This document shows, piece after piece, positions 37,748-47,577 of a stretch of 64,000 nt of DNA (position 1 is the stretch's first letter; the number at the start of each line of letters is the position of its first letter). Where the stretch lies: positions 1 to 64,000 of the IMG/VR virus record IMGVR_UViG_3300020366_000001; one strand, 5' to 3'. Made by a program: the position numbers and the translations under genes. The DNA is from a virus (lineage: Duplodnaviria; Caudoviricetes). The notes under the pieces were generated by a model, which was given only the letters and a program-made list of their open reading frames with translations, searched no databases and had not been told where the DNA came from.

Positions 37748-39859
37748 TCAAGCGACCATCTCGATGAATGAGGAGAGAATTTTCTTCTTCACCTTTGCTC
37801 CACCGAGAGATTTCTTAAATGCATTCTTAATTTGAGTCTTAGTTGGAGAATCAGGGACAACAAAATCATCAGAAGCGTGGAGAGACTTGACGCTAAGCAC
37901 GTATGCTTTGTCATATCCAAGACCATTGCCAAGGATTGCGGTCTTATCCTTACCGAACTTTTTCTTCAATGCTTCGATGTCTTTGATGTCGCAGTATTGT
38001 GCTGCATAACCCAACCATCTTGACGCTTCACGTTGAGGGACAATACGGAAGTACAGAATGTTAGTGTTGGAAAATGTCTCCTTCACATCTTCTACCCAAA
38101 TCTTGATGTTTGTGAGAGAGCAATTAGTAAAAGGAGAATACGTTCTGCCTGTGGTGCGATTCCGCAGAGCAGCACGATTTTCTACAGAGCGAATACCGTA
38201 GATAGACTCATCCTTATATGATTTATGTGTAGTTGTGTAAGCACCAGCGTGAGATTCACCGTCTGTCAGGACAATGACATTCAATTTCTCCACACCAAAC
38301 TTCTGTTTCATATAAGGAATGATGGCGTGGAGTCCAACAATTGCCTCGGAAAGAGGGGTACCACCAAGACGCAAACCAAGAGGATAACCAAGACCTGAGT
38401 AACCAACGAGACGATAAGAACCATCATATGCTTGGAAGAATGCACCAAGACGGAACAGATACTTCAGTTGATCTTCAAAGTTACGAGTCTCAGTAGTAAT
38501 ACAATTGATCAAACGAACATTGTCGTGGAAGGCATACTTGTGCGCCTGGGTACGCTCAGTCACAGTCATCTCACCACCCCACTCTGTGCTGAACAAATAT
38601 GCATTGAAAGGAATCTGACACTTCTTACAGAACCAAGCAATCTGAGCAAGTTGTTTAACAATGTCCAGGCAGATAGGTGCAATAGATCCAGACCAATCAA
38701 CCAAAGCAACCAAACCGTGATTCTTACCATCAGGAAGGAGAGTCACCTTCTTGAACAAATCTTCGTTATACTTGTAAGTGTGTAGTTTAGCGGTGTCAAG
38801 AACACCAGTACGAGAAGTCTGTGCACGTGCATACGCTGCTGCAGACTTCTTACACTCAAATTCTTTTACGAGGTAATTAACTTCTCGCTGGGACTGCTTA
38901 CGAAATTCTGCAAAGCGATTGTCGCATTCTTCCACACTTTGTGGATAAGCATCAGCGTAATGATCACCGCAGCGAGAAATAAAATCTTCGTTAGTGACAA
39001 CCAGTTTTTCATATTTGATTTCAGGTACTTCAATGTAATCTACTTCTGCGTATGATTCTGTACGTGCAAGATTTTGCAGTGCTTGCTCTAATGATTTAGT
39101 AGTTTCAATTTCTGAACCTTGTTCACCAGCACCAACAGTTTGATCATCATAATCAAGTCCTTCATCTTCGTAGGATTCTGTGCTCTCAGATGAATTTGAA
39201 TCACCCTCTTCTGAACTATCGCCCTCAGACCCTTCAGAAGCGTCTGAATGAGGTAGGGCACTACTTCCACCTTGCGACCCTTCAAGAGGCATAGGAGCGG
39301 CATTCTGCTTGGTCTCCTGACCTTCCTTATAAACCCGATACAATTCTTGTGCAGCAGAGACCACATCGGAGAAGGTCTCGCAATCAGCAATCATCTTGCA
39401 AACATTGATCTCCGCAGGAGTTTCAAATGGCACATCAGCAACACCTTTGTAGTGAACATTGATACGATCAGGGAGACTGAGATCACCAAGATCGCGATCA
39501 GAAATTTCAAAGAAGTCCCGATCGTGCAGTTGTTGATATCCTCTATAGAAGCATTTATTTAAACCAGAATATTTCCGCTTCATCATCTTCTCGATGCGAA
39601 CATCCTCAACGATATTGATGTAGTCCTGAGGCACACCGTGGATATGCATATCCTCATTAGGTGTGAACAGAGCGTGACCTACTTCGTGTCCGACCAGCAG
39701 ATCGTAAATATCATTAGTGATGTCCTTCCAAATAGGAAGAGTCAACACACGCTTAAGCACATCAAAAGAAGCAGTAGGAACTGCCTTGTGCTGCACTACA
39801 AGGTTCTCAGTAGCGAGCAGACGAGCGAGGTTACCCTTGATCTCGTGCCTGTTGTACAT
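37748..39859 (-). CDS. Metallopeptidase-vWA fusion (CobT-like partner)
   Basis: HEVGH..EDVRIE, acidic linker, MIDAS DWSGS..GGTP..LTDGE. Confidence 0.85.
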   Translation of the reverse strand: MYNRHEIKGNLARLLATENLVVQHKAVPTASFDVLKRVLTLPIWKDITNDIYDLLVGHEVGHALFTPNEDMHIHGVPQDYINIVEDVRIEKMMKRKYSGLNKCFYRGYQQLHDRDFFEISDRDLGDLSLPDRINVHYKGVADVPFETPAEINVCKMIADCETFSDVVSAAQELYRVYKEGQETKQNAAPMPLEGSQGGSSALPHSDASEGSEGDSSEEGDSNSSESTESYEDEGLDYDDQTVGAGEQGSEIETTKSLEQALQNLARTESYAEVDYIEVPEIKYEKLVVTNEDFISRCGDHYADAYPQSVEECDNRFAEFRKQSQREVNYLVKEFECKKSAAAYARAQTSRTGVLDTAKLHTYKYNEDLFKKVTLLPDGKNHGLVALVDWSGSIAPICLDIVKQLAQIAWFCKKCQIPFNAYLFSTEWGGEMTVTERTQAHKYAFHDNVRLINCITTETRNFEDQLKYLFRLGAFFQAYDGSYRLVGYSGLGYPLGLRLGGTPLSEAIVGLHAIIPYMKQKFGVEKLNVIVLTDGESHAGAYTTTHKSYKDESIYGIRSVENRAALRNRTTGRTYSPFTNCSLTNIKIWVEDVKETFSNTNILYFRIVPQREASRWLGYAAQYCDIKDIEALKKKFGKDKTAILGNGLGYDKAYVLSVKSLHASDDFVVPDSPTKTQIKNAFKKSLGGAKVKKKILSSFIEMVA

Positions 39860-39870
39860 CGGTGTCCGTC

Positions 39871-40026
39871 TCAGATGCATATATTATAAGACCCCCGACG
39901 GGTGTCGGAGGTACGTAGTAGACGGTTTACCAACTGTCTGCGCCTTGCCTTAGCTTGACGTAGTGCCTGTGGTTTCAGTTTTCTTTTTGGGTCCTTCTTT
40001 GAGTGTTGCCAGTTGGGGACTATCAT
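39871..40026 (-). CDS. Small basic protein
   Basis: PNWQHSKKDPKRKLKPQALRQAKARR; overlaps the promoter. Confidence 0.5.
   Translation of the reverse strand: MIVPNWQHSKKDPKRKLKPQALRQAKARRRQLVNRLLRTSDTRRGSYNICI
39883..39927 (-). promoter_or_regulatory. Promoter AACCGTCTAC-N29-TATAAT
   Basis: Same architecture as 37701-37745. Confidence 0.65.
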
Positions 40027-40138
40027 TTTTCTTGTGCAATGCGGCAATTGCTGCAGTAGCTTCGGGAGTTTCTTCCCACTCCCAGGTGTCACCTTTGGTG
40101 CTAACGAAGGTGTGTTTGACTGTGGGGATCGAGGCCAT
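39950..40138 (-). CDS. Small hypothetical protein
   Basis: MASIPT..WEWEETPE. Confidence 0.5.
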   Translation of the reverse strand: MASIPTVKHTFVSTKGDTWEWEETPEATAAIAALHKKNDSPQLATLKEGPKKKTETTGTTSS

Positions 40139-40697
40139 TAATGATATGTATATTACCTGCAAGAGCAATCCTATCAGACTCCGACTCATTTGGCAAGACC
40201 AAATGCTGCATATGGGCAGGAAAGATAATCAGATCGCCCTTGGCAGCAGTGATAGTAGCAGAAGAATTATAGTGAGTCTGGTCACAGTTCCAAGCACCCA
40301 TAAGATTTCCCTCGGCAAAAAACTGTGGATGCTGAAGAACCAATCCAGTAGCGTTAGTGAAATACCAAACAAATACAAGATCAGCACCAGGATGAAAGTG
40401 CCTTTCGTGACGTGCACCAGGAGGAAGAATGTTAACCCACCACGTAGTCATCCTCATAGGGATGGGAAGGGTCTCAATAAATTTTTCTAAAACTCTAGGT
40501 TGTTCGTTTTCGTTCTCCTTACTCCAGATATACTGCGGTTTAGATTGCCAACCGTCAAGAGCAGTTTTCTGGTGAGTAGGAACTGTTAAAGATTTCCCTT
40601 TCCAATACTCAACCACGCCATCGGGAACAGGTAAGTGCGTTTTGAATAAAGGAGTAGGGAAAAGAGGAATATAATCTAGTTGAGTATTAGTCGTCAT
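40101..40697 (-). CDS. 2OG-Fe(II) oxygenase (TIGR02466-like)
   Basis: LFPTP, WVNI..HFHPG, IIFPAHMQHLV, RIALAGN. Confidence 0.85.
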   Translation of the reverse strand: MTTNTQLDYIPLFPTPLFKTHLPVPDGVVEYWKGKSLTVPTHQKTALDGWQSKPQYIWSKENENEQPRVLEKFIETLPIPMRMTTWWVNILPPGARHERHFHPGADLVFVWYFTNATGLVLQHPQFFAEGNLMGAWNCDQTHYNSSATITAAKGDLIIFPAHMQHLVLPNESESDRIALAGNIHIINGLDPHSQTHLR

Positions 40698-40866
40698 CGA
40701 TGGCGTTCAAAACCTCGTCAAGGTCTTGGATGTGTGTGAGGTTAAAAATCATTTCTCCGAGTTGATTGACAACAAAAGGAGATTCAGTACGAGCGGCAAA
40801 GGCGAGTGCTTCACGCAGATGTTGCTGTGCTTGTGCAATTTCTGCAGTGACTTGTTCAGAGATCAT
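40687..40866 (-). CDS. Small hypothetical protein (59 aa)
   Basis: Manual translation MISEQVTAEIAQAQQHLREALAFAARTESP...; ATGA overlap with g46. Confidence 0.7.
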   Translation of the reverse strand: MISEQVTAEIAQAQQHLREALAFAARTESPFVVNQLGEMIFNLTHIQDLDEVLNAIDDD

Positions 40867-42617
40867 TCTTCGTTAAGGGGTAAACTTTCTGGTCCTCCAG
40901 TTTCCAAAACTTCCATCTTGGAAAAGTTTTGCGGTTTAGAAAACTGCAATACTCTCTGGAATTTATCGTTTAAGTTATCTCTATGTGAAATAACATACAC
41001 ATTAGATTTATCATTGAAAGTTCTCAAAATGAATGACAATTCATCGGAACCTACGGTATCAAGTGATCCATCAAAGATCTCATCGAGGATGAGGAGGTTA
41101 GTATCCACGCTATTCTTAAGCTTAGCAACAGCACGCCAAGTGAGCAACAGACTGATATCAATACGAGCTTTCTCTCCCTCTGAGAAATTTTCATAAGAGA
41201 ACTCATCGATGTAACGTGACTTCAGAACTTCTTTGAACTCTTCATCCAGAGTGAAGTTACAGAAGAATTGCAACTTATTTAAGTTCTGGTTGATGAGTTT
41301 GTTCATCACTGGGAGATACTTCTTAATGATTCTAGTTTTGATACCAGAGTCCTTAAGAAGCAATCCCGCTGTGAGATGAAGATCGAGTTGCCTCTTAGAT
41401 TCTACAAGGTCATTGATCACAACCTTCAGAGTCTCCTTCATCTCGTACAGCTTCTTAGCTTCTGCATCGACAGAGGAATCGTCTTCCAGCAGGTTTTTGA
41501 TATCCCGCTGCAGACTTTTCCTCTGCCCATCCAGCGTGGTTATCACCCCCTCTTGTGTGTATACGTTTTCTGTGCAAGTACGAATGGCATCTTGATACTC
41601 CTTTAATTCATTCAGAGGTGAAACAATGTCATTAAGACGGTGATCGATGTCAGCATACGCTGCTTCGATCTCTCGGATCTTTCCATCAAGGGTTTCGATC
41701 TGCTCAAGTTTAAAGTCTCCACTAATCGTTTGCTTACACGTCGGACAATGATCCGTTTCTTGATAGAAACGTTTGTCTCCCGCGATTTTAGAAACTCTGC
41801 GTTGTAAACGTATACGTAGATCCTTTAGATCATTGCGACGCTTCTCTGGATTATCCAGAGCAAGGACCTGCTCAGTGATCTGTGCAATCATTTTGTTAGA
41901 GTCAGAAATTTGTTCTCTGCACAGTTCCTGCCGCTTAAGAATGTCACGCAGTTTAGTTTTTCGTTCTTCGATATCTTTGTTTTTCTTCTCCTCTAGTTGC
42001 TCTAGGAATCCTGTCTGTAGTTCAATCTTCTCTTTAACACTCGTAGAATTCATCTCGTGCACGTGCACGCTTTCTTTGATAGATTTTGTGCGGGTCTTAA
42101 GAACCTCGTTCATTGATGAGAAGACATTAATATCTAGCAGATCTTCAATGATCTCTCTACGCTGTGCCAAAGGAAGACGCATAAAAGGCACGAACGTAGA
42201 AGAACCAAGAACTACAATCTGAGTGAAAGACTTGTAGTTTAGTTTAAGGATATTTTTTTCTAAGTTCTTTTGTTGCTCATTAGCATTTGAGTTCTGATCA
42301 AACATCTTACCGTTCTCATAGATCTCAAAAATATTTGGTTTGATACCGCGCCGAATCAAATATTGTTTCTTTCCAATCTGAAACTCTACCTCAACCAAAG
42401 TGCCTTTCTCGTTGACACTGTTGATGAGTTGCGCTTTGTTAATTTTACGGAATGGTTTTCCAAATAGACTAAAGGTAAAGGCATCTAGAATTGTAGACTT
42501 ACCAGCACCGTTAGTACCAACAATTAAGTTTGTACGAGACCCTGTGATATTAACTTCAGTAAAAGAATCACCCGTGCTCAGGAGGTTTTTCCATCGGATT
42601 TTTTGGAACAGGATCAT
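40863..42617 (-). CDS. g46: Recombination ATPase gp46 (Rad50/SbcC-like)
   Basis: GTNGAGKS, CPTC hook, FSEGE, LDEIFD, ISH. Confidence 0.96.
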   Translation of the reverse strand: MILFQKIRWKNLLSTGDSFTEVNITGSRTNLIVGTNGAGKSTILDAFTFSLFGKPFRKINKAQLINSVNEKGTLVEVEFQIGKKQYLIRRGIKPNIFEIYENGKMFDQNSNANEQQKNLEKNILKLNYKSFTQIVVLGSSTFVPFMRLPLAQRREIIEDLLDINVFSSMNEVLKTRTKSIKESVHVHEMNSTSVKEKIELQTGFLEQLEEKKNKDIEERKTKLRDILKRQELCREQISDSNKMIAQITEQVLALDNPEKRRNDLKDLRIRLQRRVSKIAGDKRFYQETDHCPTCKQTISGDFKLEQIETLDGKIREIEAAYADIDHRLNDIVSPLNELKEYQDAIRTCTENVYTQEGVITTLDGQRKSLQRDIKNLLEDDSSVDAEAKKLYEMKETLKVVINDLVESKRQLDLHLTAGLLLKDSGIKTRIIKKYLPVMNKLINQNLNKLQFFCNFTLDEEFKEVLKSRYIDEFSYENFSEGEKARIDISLLLTWRAVAKLKNSVDTNLLILDEIFDGSLDTVGSDELSFILRTFNDKSNVYVISHRDNLNDKFQRVLQFSKPQNFSKMEVLETGGPESLPLNEE

Positions 42618-42870
42618 CTTGAGGTGGAATAACTAATTCGTCAGGAGTAATAATACTGTACTTGCAGTTCGCTGTTTCGCAAGTTGCGATCAGAGTATGG
42701 TCATCAATTTCCTGAACCGACATAGGCGGGAAATCTTCTGCTTCCAGGAGTCCAGCATACCTCATTGCGTCATCTTTGTCAACAAAAAGGTACAGCACGT
42801 TTTCACCGTCAGCGTCGTGAACTGCGTATGCTCCTTCTTCTTGGTGTTCTGACAGCGTTAAGAGGAACAT
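42568..42870 (-). CDS. Conserved hypothetical protein between g47 and g46
   Basis: Coupled ORF. Confidence 0.75.
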   Translation of the reverse strand: MFLLTLSEHQEEGAYAVHDADGENVLYLFVDKDDAMRYAGLLEAEDFPPMSVQEIDDHTLIATCETANCKYSIITPDELVIPPQDDPVPKNPMEKPPEHG

Positions 42871-43913
42871 TAAACCACTTCACAACTTTCAATATATAGG
42901 GATTTCATCAAATGTTTCAAATCTGACTTGTCTACGGGAACCTCTACATCATCGAGATACTCATCTAGTAGTGTCAGAGTATCCTTCACATCAATATCAT
43001 CTGCTTCAGGATCATCAAAGACTCCAACTTTTTCTACAATCTTGACATCCAGTGCTCCAGCATCAATAACACTGTTGAGCATATGTTCAAACTGTGTGTA
43101 GTTAGTCTTCTGTTCTACGATAACCTTAACATACTTATCAGTGTAGAACGAGGGATCAACATCTGCTGTGTTCTTAGTGTCATCCCAATATATTTTTGCA
43201 AAAATCTCATATGGATTCTTAACCATCCGATACTTTAAAGTCTCAGTATCAAAGATGTGGAATCCTCTTACATCCCCGTAGTCATTCCAGTACAACTGAT
43301 ACGGGTTGCCTAAGTAAGTAACGTTACCTTTACTGTTCTTGTGGTGGAAGTGACCACTCAATACAGTATCAAAGTTAGCAAATAGGTTAGAATCCATTCC
43401 GTGCTCATAACGGAATCCAGGACGACAAAGATAACCATTGAGTTCAAGGTGACCCATTGCAACCTTTGAGGTGCTGTTACGAATGGTTTTAATGGACAGG
43501 TCATAATTCTCTGGGCAAATCCAAGGTACAAGTAGAATACTCGTTCCACCAATATTTACTTCTGTCGCATCCTGGTAGCAGTGCACATTGTCATACTCTG
43601 TAAGCAAAAGATCTAGAGTGTTGACATCGTTGGTGTTCTTATAGTATGCTGTATGGTTACCAACGCAAGTGTGTACCGTGACACCCATATCACGTAGGCG
43701 ATCGTAATAATTTTCTTTCGCCCACTGGAGCGTCACAAAATCGATACTCTTACGATTGTCAAAAGTATCTCCTAGATCCAAGACCGTTGTGATCTTGTGC
43801 TTCTTGAGATAGGGGAAGAAAACGTTATCGTAAAACTTCTGATAGAAGTCTAGATAAATTTGACTTCCCTTGTGACTACCAAAGTGTTGGTCGGTGATTA
43901 CCGCAACCTTCAT
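42870..43913 (-). CDS. g47: Recombination nuclease gp47 (Mre11/SbcD-like)
   Basis: TDQHFG, LGDTFD, GNH, SGHFH. Confidence 0.96.
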   Translation of the reverse strand: MKVAVITDQHFGSHKGSQIYLDFYQKFYDNVFFPYLKKHKITTVLDLGDTFDNRKSIDFVTLQWAKENYYDRLRDMGVTVHTCVGNHTAYYKNTNDVNTLDLLLTEYDNVHCYQDATEVNIGGTSILLVPWICPENYDLSIKTIRNSTSKVAMGHLELNGYLCRPGFRYEHGMDSNLFANFDTVLSGHFHHKNSKGNVTYLGNPYQLYWNDYGDVRGFHIFDTETLKYRMVKNPYEIFAKIYWDDTKNTADVDPSFYTDKYVKVIVEQKTNYTQFEHMLNSVIDAGALDVKIVEKVGVFDDPEADDIDVKDTLTLLDEYLDDVEVPVDKSDLKHLMKSLYIESCEVV

Positions 43914-44401
43914 CTCGACATTCTAATTTCGATATTTTCTTTGATCGAGTTCAGACCAGAATCAGAATCGTTCATACCTGCCATACTACCATCAAATCTA
44001 TCTGAGTGCAACACTTCTGAGTATCCGCAACGTTCGATAATCTTAGACTTGATTTCTAGTTGCTTCTTTTCTTTCTGGATCTTACGGAGAAAGGCGTAGT
44101 AGATAATCTGGGTGAAGTACGCGAAAGGGTTAGAAGACTTGGCAGGATCAAAGTTGTCCACGTACTGCAAGCAGTTTTCAATACCATCGCAAACCATATC
44201 CTCTCGGAACATATAGTTGACGAAGTTTGGTTTGTATGATAGATGCGTTGCAATCTTCAGAAAACACTCCGCAATATACTCTGGGAGACGAGGACGAGGG
44301 AGATCATTCTCAAGAGCAAAAGCCACCTTCTCCCGATACTCGACAATAGCAGCGAGAAACTCTTTATTGTTTACATAGTATTCGGTCTTGACTTTTGCCA
44401 T
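43910..44401 (-). CDS. g55: Late sigma factor gp55
   Basis: YVNNKEF, NPFAYFTQI..AFLRKI.KEK. Confidence 0.96.
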   Translation of the reverse strand: MAKVKTEYYVNNKEFLAAIVEYREKVAFALENDLPRPRLPEYIAECFLKIATHLSYKPNFVNYMFREDMVCDGIENCLQYVDNFDPAKSSNPFAYFTQIIYYAFLRKIQKEKKQLEIKSKIIERCGYSEVLHSDRFDGSMAGMNDSDSGLNSIKENIEIRMSR

Positions 44402-44423
44402 ATGTCTTGTTTTTAATGTACTT

Positions 44424-44452
44424 ATTATAACACACTGCGCAAGGGCTTGACA
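44424..44452 (-). promoter_or_regulatory. g55 promoter with extended -10
   Basis: TGnTATAAT upstream of the g55 start. Confidence 0.6.
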
Positions 44453-44475
44453 GACCCTCTGTATATCTCTATAAT
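44447..44475 (+). promoter_or_regulatory. Perfect sigma70 promoter in antisense orientation
   Basis: TTGACA-N17-TATAAT on the plus strand. Confidence 0.75.
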
Positions 44476-44500
44476 AACAGTGTCGCTGTTGAGAAACAAA

Positions 44501-44920
44501 CTAGGTTCTATAGAGCTTCTCAAATAACTTTCTTGCTTTTTTAATTGAACCTTGGTGTCCCATCTCTCTTGAGGGTTTGATGCGATTCGGGACGGAAGCG
44601 CGATACACATATTCAATATTATCATCATAGAAAGAAACGATTGACGGACTCGCTTCAGTCATCGTTACTATTTTATCACGATGCATAACAAACACCTCGT
44701 GTGGTTCCATACAGGACTTTAACCATAAGTCAAGTTTGAAACCTTTCATAACAGTATTTTTATCAGGACCCTCCCGCGAGTTTGCAGATTCAACTTGCAT
44801 AGGGTTCTGGAGGAGAACTAATCCAGGATTGTCATCGTCATATGAGACGATTGAGATTATCTCCTCACCAGTTGTTAATTTTATAATTGCAGTAAATGGA
44901 TCTGATAATGGATCTTGCAT
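44501..44920 (-). CDS. Conserved hypothetical Sm-like protein
   Basis: IKLTTGEEII; typical position between uvsW and g55. Confidence 0.8.
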   Translation of the reverse strand: MQDPLSDPFTAIIKLTTGEEIISIVSYDDDNPGLVLLQNPMQVESANSREGPDKNTVMKGFKLDLWLKSCMEPHEVFVMHRDKIVTMTEASPSIVSFYDDNIEYVYRASVPNRIKPSREMGHQGSIKKARKLFEKLYRT

Positions 44921-44923
44921 AGG

Positions 44924-46381
44924 CTAGAAACGCGATCGTACTTTAATGATTTCATAGTCAAAATTTTCGGAAGCATAAATTTTGATTCGTTCTTCAAAAT
45001 GTTTATATGTAAAGTTCTTCCATTCTCCCCGCGTGATATCATCAGCGATATCATAGAGAGTTGCTACGTGCTTATCTTTAGACTTTCTCAACACCCGTCC
45101 AATGGACTGCAAGTTGCGAATACGCGACTTGGAGGGTGAGGCAAAAATGACGTTGTGTAACTTTTTGATGTTGATCCCTGTAGAGAAAGTTCCATACGAA
45201 GCAACGATTACTGCGTTGCTCTCTACCTCAGTGATCCTGCGGACTTCTTCTCTATCCTCTACATCAACACCGCCGTGAACGAAAAATACTTTCCGCTCTG
45301 TGCTATTATTTATCAACTTATAAAGTGGTTCTCCGTGACGCTCCACGTAGTTGAACAGAACTAGCGTGTTTCCTGACAAATCATTGACAAGATTTTTGAT
45401 TAGGTTGTTCCGTTTTGGGTGTGTAATCAAGTAATCAATCTCATCTTGATACGAATCAAACGTACCCCATTCGTGCTTGAGCACTAGACATTTTACTTTA
45501 AGTGGAGTAAGATGACCGTCTTGCATAAGGTCTTTTGTTTTGACCAGTTGTTCACACGGTCCAAAGAGTCCTTCCAAGATCCACTTGTGAGTGAGGGTGC
45601 CGTCAAGCGTACCTGTAAAACCAATCCTATGTTTACACCCGTGCAACTTAGTCATAATCTTAGTTAGGGATTTGGATTTAAACAGGTGCGCTTCGTCCCC
45701 AATTACACAGTCAAATTTTTCAAACCACTTGCGCGGTTCTTTGTAGATGGATTGCCAAGTAGTAATTACTACGTTAGAATCAACGTACTTATCCGCTCCT
45801 GCATAAATCTTGTGACAATGCTTTTCGGCATTCCAACCGTACTCTTCAAAGTCTTTGTACATCTGTTCTACCAAACTTGTGGTTGGAACAATGAGCAGAA
45901 CTTTGCGACCTTGAGCAACGTGGAATCTTGCGATGCCGTAAACCATCAGAGACTTGCCACTAGCAGTGGGAGACAGCAGCAGTTTGCGATTATATTTCAA
46001 CGCTTTGTAGACACCTTCAATCTGGTAGATTCTGGGTTCCAGATGGGTGATCTTCTGCATAAATGTACGAATACCAGCTTGAGTGATATGCTTGTTTTCT
46101 TCGTACGGCAATCCAAAGTATTCGTTATCCTCAAACTCCAGAGAGTATTTCATCGTACGGCACCACTCGTAGATGTGTTCCGTCAACCCTCCGTAGATCT
46201 CACCATTGCCTGGTGAGTATAGACGAATCTTTCCATCCCATACCCTATTACGATACAAGGGCATAAATTTTGCTTCGGGAACCTCAAAGGTAAAATACTC
46301 TGAGAGTTCCCTATGAATATGAGGTTCTGCTTTAACTACGTTGTAGACCTCATTTTTCTTTTGGAGTTTAATGTCCGCCAC
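44924..46381 (-). CDS. uvsW: SF2 helicase UvsW
   Basis: PTASGKS, GDEAH, TGT, QSIGRVLR. Confidence 0.96.
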   Translation of the reverse strand: MADIKLQKKNEVYNVVKAEPHIHRELSEYFTFEVPEAKFMPLYRNRVWDGKIRLYSPGNGEIYGGLTEHIYEWCRTMKYSLEFEDNEYFGLPYEENKHITQAGIRTFMQKITHLEPRIYQIEGVYKALKYNRKLLLSPTASGKSLMVYGIARFHVAQGRKVLLIVPTTSLVEQMYKDFEEYGWNAEKHCHKIYAGADKYVDSNVVITTWQSIYKEPRKWFEKFDCVIGDEAHLFKSKSLTKIMTKLHGCKHRIGFTGTLDGTLTHKWILEGLFGPCEQLVKTKDLMQDGHLTPLKVKCLVLKHEWGTFDSYQDEIDYLITHPKRNNLIKNLVNDLSGNTLVLFNYVERHGEPLYKLINNSTERKVFFVHGGVDVEDREEVRRITEVESNAVIVASYGTFSTGINIKKLHNVIFASPSKSRIRNLQSIGRVLRKSKDKHVATLYDIADDITRGEWKNFTYKHFEERIKIYASENFDYEIIKVRSRF

Positions 46382-46814
46382 TTCTAAATTTCTCCCACTC
46401 AATAGCGTTTTTAATTTGATATTGACGGGCAGAGATTTGTTTTAGAACAGATTCTAAAAAATACAGAATCATTTCAAAGTACTTTATCTTCGCAGTAACC
46501 TTTGCAAGGTCTTCATCTGCGTCAAGAAACATCTCCACTTCATCTTTGGTCGTCAGCTTTAGATCAAAAGGAATATCCTTGTATGCTGAAGCAGGCGCTT
46601 TCTTTTTGTAATACATCCATTTTTCTTTGACCAAGAACTTGTACGCAAATTCTTGATCGATCATCTTTGATTTGTAATCGCAATACAACTCCAGGTACTT
46701 AGAGTGTAAGTATGGAGTTTCGTTGCACGCTTTTAAAAAATCAGGATAACCATCATTACCATCTAGGATAGTGGAATCAGACTTCCACATCTCCTTCAAA
46801 TTATCAAGGGACAT
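46368..46814 (-). CDS. uvsY: Recombination mediator UvsY
   Basis: LHSKYL, R.YQIKNAIEW.KF..G. Confidence 0.9.
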   Translation of the reverse strand: MSLDNLKEMWKSDSTILDGNDGYPDFLKACNETPYLHSKYLELYCDYKSKMIDQEFAYKFLVKEKWMYYKKKAPASAYKDIPFDLKLTTKDEVEMFLDADEDLAKVTAKIKYFEMILYFLESVLKQISARQYQIKNAIEWEKFRSGGH

Positions 46815-47325
46815 ACTTTTGTGATGATGTATTTAAGAATTCATAGAACGAGTATTTGAATGTCACCGTTCCTACTAAGTATTCTACATCGTTTGCTCCC
46901 GCGTTGAAAGGGAGTGTAGATAGACTTACGGGAAATAAGTCGGAGAAATTGACAACAAAATTGGTATTAAATTGGTTGGTGAGAACGAACAGTTGAGCGT
47001 TACTCATTACTGCATCGTCCTTGTCATCTGGTTCGTACGCCAATGTCGTATCGTTAATCCAGTTCCAGATAGACAAATAATTTTTTAGATCTTCATCAAC
47101 TAGAAACTGCACGCTCAAGTCACCAAAGGTGGTACCGCCTGCAGCAGGGATAGGAAGACGACGACGTGCCGTACTTACTTCATTGACAACACCAGTGATC
47201 TCTGGGATGTTTGCTGCCTGACAGAAAAAACTGCAATGCGGAAACTTTTCAATCTTCAGTTTAAATCCAACTGGAGATAGAAAGTTTCTGTTATCAGGTT
47301 GTTCTGCCATCCATTGTGCAGACAT
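46804..47325 (-). CDS. g3: Tail completion / sheath stabiliser gp3
   Basis: NFLSPVGF, FLVDEDLKNY..I..WI, FPVSLS; gene order. Confidence 0.85.
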   Translation of the reverse strand: MSAQWMAEQPDNRNFLSPVGFKLKIEKFPHCSFFCQAANIPEITGVVNEVSTARRRLPIPAAGGTTFGDLSVQFLVDEDLKNYLSIWNWINDTTLAYEPDDKDDAVMSNAQLFVLTNQFNTNFVVNFSDLFPVSLSTLPFNAGANDVEYLVGTVTFKYSFYEFLNTSSQKYVP

Positions 47326-47355
47326 AATCTCAGACGACCACTACATTCTTATTTA

Positions 47356-47577
47356 TCAGGCATTTAAAACCCAATTTTCAGCATAGTCCTCAGCGTCACA
47401 ACGATGGACAAACTTGCGGAGAATTAAAGTTTCAGTTGGTTCTGTTTCTTGATCTATACCAACTACAGCATACCTACTAGATCGACTGGAAGTTCGCACT
47501 ACAGTTGCTTCCTTCATTCCATTGTCACTGAAATACGTTACGATTTTTTCTTCTACTTGCATACAATTTCTAGACAT
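47356..47577 (-). CDS. Small hypothetical protein
   Basis: C-terminal AEDYAENWV; the longer ORF overlapping g23 is spurious. Confidence 0.6.
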   Translation of the reverse strand: MSRNCMQVEEKIVTYFSDNGMKEATVVRTSSRSSRYAVVGIDQETEPTETLILRKFVHRCDAEDYAENWVLNA

